A stretch of DNA of 55,684 nt from IMG/VR virus record IMGVR_UViG_3300037991_000591, positions 1-55,684 of that record; one strand, written 5' to 3'. Made by a program: the position numbers and the translations under genes. Below, one piece after another: positions 40,158 to 49,600 of the stretch. The notes under the pieces were generated by a model. That model was not told the origin of the DNA, did not search any database, and saw only the letters and a program-made list of their open reading frames with translations. Positions within the stretch are counted from its first letter, which is position 1, and each line of letters starts with the position of its first letter. The DNA is from a virus (lineage: Duplodnaviria > Caudoviricetes).

Positions 40158-40673
40158 TTATGAAAGTGCTTTTATATCCGATGCTGTAGTACCAGCTGCT
40201 TTTACTCTAATAACTTGTTGAGGTATAAATGAAGCGTTACCAATATTTTTCATTACTATTTCTTCACCTTGCTGAGTTATTGCAGTTACATCACCTGTAC
40301 CGCCTACGTATAAACTATAACCACTATTACCTTCGTTAGTACCAGGAATACCACCATTACCTCTATATATTTTATAATTGTAAGGCGCCGCTGCTGTTAT
40401 ACCAGGAGCTTGTAATGTTAATGTTGTGTTACTTGTTACAGATGTTATAAGCGCCATTTCAGTACCAGCTATTACAACGTCTCCACCAGCAACCACTTGA
40501 TATTTACCAACTGAAGAAGTACCGTCTACAAACTTAGCACCAGCAGTTGTTAGCGTAAGATTATTTGTGCTACTAGCTCCACTTAAATAACTACCTGGTT
40601 GAGGTATGTTTATCGTGTCGCTTGGTATTACATCTACCGAACTTATTGGTTGATTTTTTGACATATTGTTCAT
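40158..40673 (-). CDS. Putative head-spike base protein (RcGTA Rcc01079-like)
   Basis: C-terminal SLYVGGTGDV...FIPQQVIRVKAAGTTASDI resembles the RcGTA spike-base family. Confidence 0.55.
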   Translation of the reverse strand: MNNMSKNQPISSVDVIPSDTINIPQPGSYLSGASSTNNLTLTTAGAKFVDGTSSVGKYQVVAGGDVVIAGTEMALITSVTSNTTLTLQAPGITAAAPYNYKIYRGNGGIPGTNEGNSGYSLYVGGTGDVTAITQQGEEIVMKNIGNASFIPQQVIRVKAAGTTASDIKALS

Positions 40674-40674
40674 T

Positions 40675-41139
40675 TTAATTTTTATTGTTCTTAAATATAT
40701 TACTTGCCTTTTCAGTCGTACGTCCGCCGAAATAGGCTAACACAACGGACATCATTATCTTCTCGAAAGTATCATTCCATAACTCATTTATATGAAACGG
40801 CAGTGTTTCTATACTGTCTAATATTCCAGCCATTGAAAATATAACTATACACCATACTAATACTAATGGTCGTACATTTTTACTTAGCCATGAATCAGAC
40901 ATAGAATCTGCTTGCCATCTTGAAGTGATAGCTTGTATTTCTTTATTTTGTTGATCGTATATTATTTGTTGTAGTTTTACTTTATCCTCTGCAGGAGCAT
41001 CAGATTTAGTAATAGCTTCGATAGCTTCTTTTGGAGATGTTACACCTTGTAACACACTACCTAATGTAGGGTTAATTACAGATGCCGCGCCAAACAATAG
41101 TTGACCAACAGTTGTATCTTTAAATTTCTTTTTACTCAT
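40675..41139 (-). CDS. Holin-like protein (GTA 3TM holin type)
   Basis: RWQAD..SDSWLSKNVRP, TM segments, AYFGGRT.EK. Confidence 0.7.
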   Translation of the reverse strand: MSKKKFKDTTVGQLLFGAASVINPTLGSVLQGVTSPKEAIEAITKSDAPAEDKVKLQQIIYDQQNKEIQAITSRWQADSMSDSWLSKNVRPLVLVWCIVIFSMAGILDSIETLPFHINELWNDTFEKIMMSVVLAYFGGRTTEKASNIFKNNKN

Positions 41140-41444
41140 GCTTTTTTATATGCTTCTGCTTCCCAAGGTAAATCTTTAGCTCCTTCTTTCATTGTAGCTC
41201 TAGAGTATTTTTTACCTTTCCAATATACATAATTATCATCATAATCTAAATCACCTCTACGCATTTGATCAATATGAACTTTTTCATGCGCTATAACCTC
41301 TGGGATTTGATTAGGTTTTAAGTCTTTGTTTATAATAATAGTACCATTATTATTAGCTTTACCCATTACACCTTCTTCCATATCTACATGATAAACTGGA
41401 GTGCTATCTAGTTTGTATGGAGGGTTAGTTAATTTAAAAGCCAT
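41136..41444 (-). CDS. Minimal HExxH zincin metallopeptidase
   Basis: IAHEKVHIDQ plus downstream PWEAEAY (third Zn-ligand Glu). Confidence 0.7.
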   Translation of the reverse strand: MAFKLTNPPYKLDSTPVYHVDMEEGVMGKANNNGTIIINKDLKPNQIPEVIAHEKVHIDQMRRGDLDYDDNYVYWKGKKYSRATMKEGAKDLPWEAEAYKKA

Positions 41445-41445
41445 A

Positions 41446-41601
41446 TTATTTTTTATAAGGAAATATTTTGTTTAATGCTCCTTTTCTAGCAGCGCAGCCG
41501 CAAGGGATATTAAGTCCCTTGCTAACTGTGTCTACTACTTTTTTGATACCAGTAGCTTTAGTAAACTTTTCTATATCGTCTCCTAAACCTCTTGATTTCA
41601 T
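41446..41601 (-). CDS. Small protein with CGC motif (51 aa)
   Basis: Hand-translated MKSRGLGDDIEKFTKATGIKKVV...PCGCAARKGALNKIFPYKK*. Confidence 0.7.
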   Translation of the reverse strand: MKSRGLGDDIEKFTKATGIKKVVDTVSKGLNIPCGCAARKGALNKIFPYKK

Positions 41602-41603
41602 AC

Positions 41604-41894
41604 TTATGCAACAACTATATCAGTTACTTTTACGCCTGTACTGTTTTGTACAATTGACATAATACCACCTGGGTTAGCAGTAACAGCTGAAATAAATTGA
41701 TCAGCCCACTCTTTACCTTTTCCAGTAACTGTGAATAAGTAACTTTTACCGTCAGCGTAAACTGTAAATTTGTTAGCATCAGCATCTCCGTTTGCTAATC
41801 CTTGATAAACAGAAGCAACGTTTCCAATTAAAATGTCTGAAAGTTGGTTAGCAACGTTTACGTCGATAGCTTTAATTTTAATGTAATTTGCCAT
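41604..41894 (-). CDS. Small beta-rich virion protein (possible decoration)
   Basis: 96 aa; layout resembles 52123-52407 and the N-terminus of 50867-52111. Confidence 0.55.
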   Translation of the reverse strand: MANYIKIKAIDVNVANQLSDILIGNVASVYQGLANGDADANKFTVYADGKSYLFTVTGKGKEWADQFISAVTANPGGIMSIVQNSTGVKVTDIVVA

Positions 41895-41932
41895 AATGTT
41901 AATGTTAAATGTTAATGTTAAATGTTAATGTT
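41895..41932. repeat. Tandem (A)AATGTT x6 repeat in a 5' leader
   Basis: AATGTT AATGTT AAATGTT AATGTT AAATGTT AATGTT abutting the start codon at 41894. Confidence 0.9.
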
Positions 41933-41955
41933 GAGTTTTATACAGCTCTCTACTG

Positions 41956-42300
41956 TTATTTTTTCATTTTCTTTTTATCTTGAGCAGCTTTTTTCATAGA
42001 TTCTTTTCTATCACCGTCTCCATCAATATCTGGAAAATCTGGCTTAACAGCTTTTGCAGGAGACTCGTGACCCATTTTCATAGCTGATCCCATTCCTGAT
42101 TTTGAATGTTTAGACATCCATGATCTTCCTCCACTTGCATCTTTTGCAACTGGATTATCTTGTAATAAGTCTTTTCTTTCTTGTTTAGCGTAACCTTTGT
42201 TTTGGTTTTTAGCTGGTGAATCATGTCCCATTTTATAAGGACTCATTTCCATAGCAGAATCTTTGTGTCCCATTTTAGCGGGTGTTTTTCCGTAAGGCAT
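41956..42300 (-). CDS. Small basic low-complexity protein with repeated [ST]PxK and a DxDGDG motif
   Basis: TPAK, SPYK, SPAK, SPAK; PDIDGDGDRKE. Confidence 0.7.
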   Translation of the reverse strand: MPYGKTPAKMGHKDSAMEMSPYKMGHDSPAKNQNKGYAKQERKDLLQDNPVAKDASGGRSWMSKHSKSGMGSAMKMGHESPAKAVKPDFPDIDGDGDRKESMKKAAQDKKKMKK

Positions 42301-42318
42301 AATATTAGTTTTTATTAG

Positions 42319-42771
42319 TTATTTTTTTCTTTTACCTGTGCAATGCATTTGTGTAGGCGCTTTGCTTTTTTTTGTTTTAGTTTTTACAGGACCATGATCC
42401 CCTTTGCTAACTTTTAAACCTTTTGCTTTGTCTTTAGGAAAAGTAGCATCTCCTTCATAAGAAGTGTGGTATTTAGTGTGTATATGACTTCTACCTGAAG
42501 GTGCATCATGTTTAGCTGGAGAACCATGATGTCTTTTATCATATTTCATATCACCTGCTAATTTAGATATATGCTTTTCATCAGCAGTCATTTTCTCATC
42601 ACTATGACCATGTTTGTCATCGTATTTAATATCTCTTTTTAGATAATCAATATGAGCAGCGTCATCTCTTTCAGTTGCTTTATAATTACTAGATGTTACT
42701 CTTGTGTGAGCATGATCTTTTGAAAACTTAGAGTTTCCAGTGTATTGTCCGTAGTATCCTTTATGTCCCAT
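42319..42771 (-). CDS. His/Lys/Asp-rich protein
   Basis: 150 aa; internal repeat HI..L..D.KYD; SPAK. Confidence 0.7.
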   Translation of the reverse strand: MGHKGYYGQYTGNSKFSKDHAHTRVTSSNYKATERDDAAHIDYLKRDIKYDDKHGHSDEKMTADEKHISKLAGDMKYDKRHHGSPAKHDAPSGRSHIHTKYHTSYEGDATFPKDKAKGLKVSKGDHGPVKTKTKKSKAPTQMHCTGKRKK

Positions 42772-42772
42772 T

Positions 42773-43018
42773 TTAATTTGTTAATTTTTTTTCACCGTAT
42801 TTAGCTTCATAAGCTTCATCACTTAGATTTATTCTATCTTTTTTCTTTTGTTTTGTTGCTCCAATATCAGATATTGCTTGCCCTATTTTAGCAAACATAT
42901 TAGCATACATTTGCCCTGTTGGTACGTATTGCGCTCCAGCAATATCACCGCCACCTACATATCCACCTTGTTTTAGTGGACTGTTTTCTTGAAATACTTT
43001 ATTAAAAGGTGAACTCAT
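42773..43018 (-). CDS. Small hypothetical protein
   Basis: 81 aa; SPFNK, SPLK. Confidence 0.65.
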   Translation of the reverse strand: MSSPFNKVFQENSPLKQGGYVGGGDIAGAQYVPTGQMYANMFAKIGQAISDIGATKQKKKDRINLSDEAYEAKYGEKKLTN

Positions 43019-43021
43019 AAT

Positions 43022-43240
43022 TTATTTTTTTGAACAACCAAAGTTTTTAGCATAGTTAGCCATTTTAACTACAGCTTCACTATAGTTATCTTTTTTAGCC
43101 ATTACAGAACTAGCTGCTTCGCATGTTGATTTACCAGGCATATTCTTTTTTACCCATCTAGTGAATTTACCTTTATTTTCTTCTTTTATTTCTGGAAATC
43201 CTTCTTTTAAAAAAGGACTATTAATTTGATAGTAGCTCAT
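43022..43240 (-). CDS. Small basic hypothetical protein
   Basis: 72 aa; SPFLK; IKEENKGKFT...ANYAKN. Confidence 0.65.
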   Translation of the reverse strand: MSYYQINSPFLKEGFPEIKEENKGKFTRWVKKNMPGKSTCEAASSVMAKKDNYSEAVVKMANYAKNFGCSKK

Positions 43241-43242
43241 AA

Positions 43243-43446
43243 TTATCTTCCTTTAGCGATTTTAGTTATAGGTCCAGCTTTATACATAGATTCAGCTTTT
43301 GAAACCTCCATACCAACTATACCCGAGCTAGATCCTTGACCCATTGGAAAACCAACTTTACTTAATGGTCCTTCCCAGATAGCGTTTTCCCCTATTTGAC
43401 CTTCAAGTTTAGGGTTTTTTCTTATTTTATCAATATCGTGATTCAT
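43243..43446 (-). CDS. Small hypothetical protein
   Basis: 67-aa ORF tightly packed in the cluster. Confidence 0.65.
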   Translation of the reverse strand: MNHDIDKIRKNPKLEGQIGENAIWEGPLSKVGFPMGQGSSSGIVGMEVSKAESMYKAGPITKIAKGR

Positions 43447-43456
43447 AATTTATTTA

Positions 43457-44014
43457 TTAGTTTAATTCTCCTTGAGCACCTCTACTCATTGATTCGTCTC
43501 TTTTAGCTTTTTCTTCATCAGGATCTCCTTTCTTTTTTTCTTTTTCCATTTGATCTGATTTCATTTCATAATATATTTCTTGAGCATCACCACCTGTTTG
43601 CTTAGCTTTTCTATTAGCTTGCTTTTTCATATGAGCATCAGTGTGTGAATCTAATGGTGAACCCATCATTAATCCAGAACCAGCAACAGCTCTTTGTCTA
43701 GCATTCATACCACCAAACATACCTAGACCAATTTGTTGTGTCATTGGGTCTAAACTACCTGTCATTATAGGTTGACTGTAGTCGTTCATACCACCACCAC
43801 CCATAGTGTTTTGAGCTTGCGATGCAGCTTGTTGTGCTGCAGCCATTGCATTAGCGTTAGTTAAAGAGTTAATCATTTGATTACCTCCCATGCTGCCAAA
43901 TAAACCTGCAGTTCCAAATTTTAATGGTGTAAGCATTTTGTTTGGATTACCTTTACCACCGTCTGCTTTACTAGCGTGAACTGCTTTTCTTTGTGCGTCA
44001 CTTACGTATCCCAT
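43457..44014 (-). CDS. Met/Gly/Gln-rich low-complexity protein
   Basis: 185 aa; SDAQRKAVHA N-terminus; TPLK, SPLD. Confidence 0.65.
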   Translation of the reverse strand: MGYVSDAQRKAVHASKADGGKGNPNKMLTPLKFGTAGLFGSMGGNQMINSLTNANAMAAAQQAASQAQNTMGGGGMNDYSQPIMTGSLDPMTQQIGLGMFGGMNARQRAVAGSGLMMGSPLDSHTDAHMKKQANRKAKQTGGDAQEIYYEMKSDQMEKEKKKGDPDEEKAKRDESMSRGAQGELN

Positions 44015-44016
44015 AA

Positions 44017-44457
44017 TTACCTTGTTTTATCTTTGTTTATATTATAAATTGCTTTTGTCATTACTTTATCAGTGTAAGAACTACCAGTTATAAGTTTGTT
44101 TCTACTACCGATATTTATATCTTCTTGACCAAGCATGATTCTATATATTCTACTTATAAGTTGCTTACCTTTAAAAGAAACTTTATATATATTATATTTT
44201 TGAGTTGTTCTGTTTCTATTACGCCAAACAACTATCCAATCATTTTGTATTAATCTATTCCATCTTCTGTTATCCCAACTATAAGCATATGTACCTATTT
44301 TGAAATCTTTTATTGTAAATAAATCTATACAGTCTAGATATATTAATAACTCTAAATCACTATCGTTTAAATCATTGTTTTTACAAGCCCATTTTCTTAT
44401 AATACGATAATGCTTCATTAAGTTTAAACTCTTAATATCACTAGCATTTAATTTCAT
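44017..44457 (-). CDS. Putative winged-helix (MarR-like) DNA-binding protein
   Basis: LNDSDLELLIYL...RLIQNDWI...YKVSFKGKQLI fits the wHTH/wing pattern. Confidence 0.55.
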   Translation of the reverse strand: MKLNASDIKSLNLMKHYRIIRKWACKNNDLNDSDLELLIYLDCIDLFTIKDFKIGTYAYSWDNRRWNRLIQNDWIVVWRNRNRTTQKYNIYKVSFKGKQLISRIYRIMLGQEDINIGSRNKLITGSSYTDKVMTKAIYNINKDKTR

Positions 44458-44714
44458 AATACAACAACTATGTCTTGTGCTTTAATTACTCGATATGATT
44501 TCTTATTTATTTCTATCTTATGTCCAGCATGTCTATCAAAGTATATTTTATCATTTACTTTAATACCTGCTACATCTTCACCAGCAGAAATTACAACTGC
44601 TTCTACATATCTAATGTCTTCACGTTGTTTTTCTGCAAGAAGTAAACCACCTGTTGTTTTGGTGGTTCCCTCTTTTTTTATTTTTATTATTAAGTTTCTA
44701 CCTACTGCTTTCAT
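44454..44714 (-). CDS. groES: Co-chaperonin GroES
   Basis: KTTGGLLL mobile loop, VISAG, IKVNDKIYF, DIV; adjacent to groEL. Confidence 0.9.
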   Translation of the reverse strand: MKAVGRNLIIKIKKEGTTKTTGGLLLAEKQREDIRYVEAVVISAGEDVAGIKVNDKIYFDRHAGHKIEINKKSYRVIKAQDIVVVL

Positions 44715-46254
44715 CAACTCTAATATTATTAATTACACAATCGGTTGATAAAATAGTAGTAGCCACTGAAGCTGCATTTTGAAGAGCGCTTTTTGTAACT
44801 AATAACGGATCAATTATACCGTTATCAATCATATGTACCATATTTCCTGTAACAACATTAATACCATGACCATCTTCAGCTGGAATTGTATATTCCTTAA
44901 AACCTGCATTGTCTAGTATTGTTTTAAATGGGGATAATATAGCTTTACCTAAAACTTTTTCTCCAACATTTTCTTCCTTCATGTTTAAAGCAGCGTTTAG
45001 TAGAGCAATACCACCACCTGGAACTATCCCTTCTTTTATTGCAGCTTTAGTAGCACATATAGCATCTTCAACTCTATCTTGTTTTTCTTTTAGTTCAACA
45101 TCAGAGTTTGCACCTATTTTTACTATTGCTATTTTAGCAGCTAACATTGCTAGTCTTTTCTCTAACTTAACTACTTCATAAGCTGTATTCTTTTCAGATA
45201 ACTTATTTTTTATATCTTTAATAATTTCTTTTACCTCATCAGATGTTTCACTAACTTGTAAAATAGTTTCATTATCTGTTGTAATACTTTTTAAGCATTT
45301 ACCTAAGTATTCTACTTTAACTAAATCTAAGTCATCACCAAGATCTTCGTTTATAATTGTAGCACCTGTAAGTAAAGACAAATCATCAAGTAGTTGTTTT
45401 CTGTTTACACCGTATGTGGGTGCGTTTACAACATTAACTTTTATATTGCCTTTTATTTTATTCATAGCTAGAGCAGATAAAACACCTTGTTCTAAATCGC
45501 CAATAATAAGCAAAGGTTTATTGTTTTTTATTACGTACTCTAGCACTGTTTGTATTTGCCTTATTGTATCTACTTTAGATTCAATTAACAGTACTAATGG
45601 ATTCTCTAGTTCTGCAGAAGCAGTATCAGCATTTGTAATGAAATGTCTATTTGTAAGTCCTTTATCATATTGCGAACCCTCTATTATTTCAACTTCTGTT
45701 TTACCAACTGGTGAAGGTTCCATCATAACTACACCAGTAAGATCTACAGCTCTAAAAGCATCTGCAATTAGTTTACCTAATTCAGGATCGTTATTGGTTG
45801 ATATTGTAGCTATTTGATCAATCATATCTCCTTTTACAGGAACAGATATTGATTCTAAATATTTTATTGTTTTTTCAACAGCTGAGTTTATACCTTCTTT
45901 TAATTCTCTTGAATTTGTTTTATCAGCAACTTCGTATGCATGAGATAATATAGCGTGTGCTAATATTGTTGCTGTTGTGGTACCGTCACCGGCTTGTTGA
46001 ACTGTTTTACGTGCAGCTTCTTTTAAAAGTGTTGCACCCATATTTTCTACAGGATCTAACAAGATTACTGAGTTTGCTACTGTTACACCATCTTTTGTAA
46101 TAATTGGTTTACCTGTAGCATCTTCTAGCATCACACACTTACCGCTAGCTCCGAGTGTGGAGCTAACAGCAGTTGTGAGTTTTGTTATCCCTTCAAATAC
46201 TTTGTTCCTAGCTTCGTTACCGAAGTTAAGATTTTTAACTATTAGATTTGACAT
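44698..46254 (-). CDS. groEL: Chaperonin GroEL
   Basis: ITKDGVTVA, AGDGTTTAT, DRVEDAICAT, GIVPGGG, GIIDP; no GGM tail. Confidence 0.95.
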   Translation of the reverse strand: MSNLIVKNLNFGNEARNKVFEGITKLTTAVSSTLGASGKCVMLEDATGKPIITKDGVTVANSVILLDPVENMGATLLKEAARKTVQQAGDGTTTATILAHAILSHAYEVADKTNSRELKEGINSAVEKTIKYLESISVPVKGDMIDQIATISTNNDPELGKLIADAFRAVDLTGVVMMEPSPVGKTEVEIIEGSQYDKGLTNRHFITNADTASAELENPLVLLIESKVDTIRQIQTVLEYVIKNNKPLLIIGDLEQGVLSALAMNKIKGNIKVNVVNAPTYGVNRKQLLDDLSLLTGATIINEDLGDDLDLVKVEYLGKCLKSITTDNETILQVSETSDEVKEIIKDIKNKLSEKNTAYEVVKLEKRLAMLAAKIAIVKIGANSDVELKEKQDRVEDAICATKAAIKEGIVPGGGIALLNAALNMKEENVGEKVLGKAILSPFKTILDNAGFKEYTIPAEDGHGINVVTGNMVHMIDNGIIDPLLVTKSALQNAASVATTILSTDCVINNIRVDESSR

Positions 46255-46275
46255 GATTAAATTGTATTGTATTTG

Positions 46276-46563
46276 TTATTTAAAGGTTTTCACGACTTTC
46301 GGGCCTTTTAAGAAATCTACTTTTTTAGCATAATGCTCTACCGATCCATCGATAGCAGTTTCTGCTCCTTCTATAGTTTCACGCCTTGTAACGTCGTGCC
46401 AAGTATCTTCATTTGGATCTTGGTATTCAGTTTGATAAAAACCGTTTGGTAATTGGGTTATTCTCCAGTTTGATTTTTCTGAAAGATGTTTCCAAAGGTC
46501 AATGGTTTCTTCTGAAATTTGTGGTTGACTATTCCACGTTCTAGTCTGATAATAAAACGTCAT
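46276..46563 (-). CDS. Hypothetical protein
   Basis: 95-aa ORF at the head of the groEL operon. Confidence 0.7.
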   Translation of the reverse strand: MTFYYQTRTWNSQPQISEETIDLWKHLSEKSNWRITQLPNGFYQTEYQDPNEDTWHDVTRRETIEGAETAIDGSVEHYAKKVDFLKGPKVVKTFK

Positions 46564-46620
46564 AATTTTGGTTTTAAGTTTATATTTGGTTTTGCGCTCT
46601 TAACCGAGCAGGTATATGTC

Positions 46621-46648
46621 TATTATTACTTGTTTTCTAAGATTTTTA
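46621..46648 (-). promoter_or_regulatory. Putative late promoter
   Basis: TAAAAA-N13-GTAATAATA upstream of the chaperonin operon. Confidence 0.5.
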
Positions 46649-49600
46649 CTTTAGCTTCAAGTTCTTGTATTGATTTAATTAATAGTGGTACTATTTTACT
46701 GTAATCTACTCCTTGCATTTCTTCTCCGTCTTTTTCACCTGAAACCGCATCTGGTAATATGTCTTGTAACTCATGAGCCATAACTCCATAAGAACTAGAA
46801 TTATCTACTTTCCATTTAAAATCGTACACAGGAATTTTAGAAACTTTACCAAGACCATCAAAATCTTTTAGATCTTTTTTCAACCTATAATCAGAAGAAG
46901 TTGAATAAGTAGTTGCAGACCCTGATATTGTTATATGACCAACAGTTCCATTAGGATTAAAAAATTCAATCAATGTGCCTTGTGCTGTAGAGCTTGATGC
47001 CATTCTTAAAGCAACTTTATCTGTACTAACAGGTATAAACCCACTACCATAAGCACTAGTTCCGTCTGGTGTTGCGGTAGTTCCAAACAACACGTTACCT
47101 GCATTATCAGCACGCATTCTTTCTGCGCCTGCAGTTGCCAAAGCAATTACACCATTTCCTGATTGTGCGTTTATAGTGTGTAATGCGCCGTTTGTAACTC
47201 CTGAAGTAGAAGATGTAAATGCTAAAGCTCTAGAGTTAGACGCAGTATCACCACCAACAATTAAATAAGTTCCTTCTGCGTAATTAGCTACTTCTAGTTT
47301 AGCACCCGCGTTAGTAGTAGTTCCAATACCTACATTTTGATCTGACGAAATTCTCATCGCGGTTATCAAAGTGTTTTGTTTTGCTGTTTGGAATAAAAGT
47401 CTAGAAGGGTAAACATTTGGACTACCCATATTCCAGGTTCCATCACCCTCACCTATTATAGCAGCTCCACTTTTAAAAGGGCTTGAAGGATCATTACCTT
47501 GGAAAAATATAGAACCTAAATCATCACCAGATACAATACTAGTATCATCTCTTCTTAAATTAAATATACTACCAGTAGTGTTTTGAATTGATACGTCGCC
47601 AGAACTATCTAAACTAAAATTTACATCTCCTTGTGTATCTAAAGTTCCTGTTTTAAATTCAATACCTTGACCGTCCATTAAGATTTTAGGGACTCCCGCC
47701 GCGGTTCCATCAAAAAACAATATGGGACTTTGACCTCTTAAAGTTAAAGATGCGCCATTTATTGTATCAGAAATTACAGCGGTTGGTTTTAAAGTAGTGA
47801 TAGCGTTACCACCAATAGATAATTTAGAACTAGGACTAGTAGTACCTATACCAATATTACCATCTCCTTTTAAAGTCATGAGAGTATTTATTCCACTACC
47901 ATAACCCGTAATTGACATTGTGCTTAAATATTCAGGAGCTCCTGATCCCGTAACAAGTATACCGAAATTACCACCGGGTGTATATGAGCTTGTAGGTCTA
48001 AAATATAATCTAGAACCAGTAGTACCAGTTATACACACATCTCCTGCTCCACTTGTATTCTCTACTTCTAATTTTCTATCTGGACTATCAGTTCCAATAC
48101 CAACATTGCCATCACCAGCCACAATCATTCTTAGTAAATTATTGGTAACAAAACCTAAAGGCAAACTAGTACCTTGATACATGTTTAATGAACTAGCACC
48201 AGCATAATTTGTGTTATTACTTCCGTTTAAAAATACTACCGCTGTATCAATAGAGTCGTTTTTAAGGCGATATGAAGAATAAGCGTCAACCCCTGTGCTA
48301 GCATTTTCAACAGCTATGTTTACATTACCATTTACCGTGCCTTTTGTATGTAATTTATAATCAGGACTAGTAGTTCCAATACCTACGTTGCCTACTGAAG
48401 TAATACGCATTTTTTCAGTTACACCCGCGGCACCTGTTCTAGTTTTAAATGACATATAAGAGTTCCTATCATTAGCCGCGTTCCAAGGCTCTTCCTTACC
48501 TACTATAATATTACCAGCAACATTTTGACCAGGAACGTAACTTCTGTAATGTGTAAATCTTATTTCTGATGTTTCTGTACCAGCGTCTGTAGTATTTGAA
48601 TTATCTATAACTAACTGAACAGCGTTACTTACTGAACTATTAATTCTAGCGGAACCACTTATATCTAATGTATAATCTGGAGCCATATTTCCAATACCCA
48701 TAAATCCATTAGAATCTATAGCTACAGCGTCAAATAAAGTACCAGCATCATTAGCTACTTGAAAGCGCATATCTGCACCAGAAGGATTATTAGTACTATC
48801 TACTGTACGTATTGAACCTCCGTTTATAGTAGCTGAGTTGTCATCTACATTTTTAAAGTATAATATTCCACTACCAGAACTAGCAGCTGTATCTCTTGGA
48901 GATATGAATATATCACCAGCAGAATTAATACGCATTCTTTCTAAACCCTCTGTAATAAATGTAATCGCCCTAGAACCTGCCGACGTTCCTGTTGATATTT
49001 GAAGATTATCAGATACATCTAAATCTAATACAAGCCTATCGTTTGATGTAGAATCGAATAGATATATACTGTTTGATGCTATATTTCCAGAAACATCTAG
49101 GTTTTGAACTGGACTAGTAGTTCCAATACCTAATCTTTTATTAGTGCTATCAAAAAATAAATTATTATCACCTGCAACTTCGTTTTGACTATTCCAATAA
49201 GTTACTTGCCCAGCAGCACCTGCTCCTGATACAAATGTTTGATCTAGTTTTTCCCAACGATCAGTTGCACCTTGTTCTACATATATACACCAGTCACCTA
49301 CGTTCCAAGAATTTGGTAAAGTACCTGCTCCGTTTGGAGTAGCACTACCTGCTGTAGATACTACGTAATAATGACCTACTACTTTTTTATCAGCTGCGGA
49401 TAAATCTGGATTACCAGCATCACCAGCTAAACCACCCTCTGCTTGCGTTCTAGCATCCCATGTGCTTTGAAAAACTAAACCAGAAACTACGCTTGATATT
49501 TGTTGATCTACGTATTGTTTAGATGTAGCATGTGCATTTATTGTAGGTACTAATGGTATTTCTACTTGACCTGTAAATAAAGAAGGTAAAACAGATTTTG

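Noticed and set aside
35363-46900. Diversity-generating retroelement TR/VR pair
   Set aside because: Both copies are coding chaperone domains, the differences do not appear adenine-specific, and no reverse transcriptase is in the window.
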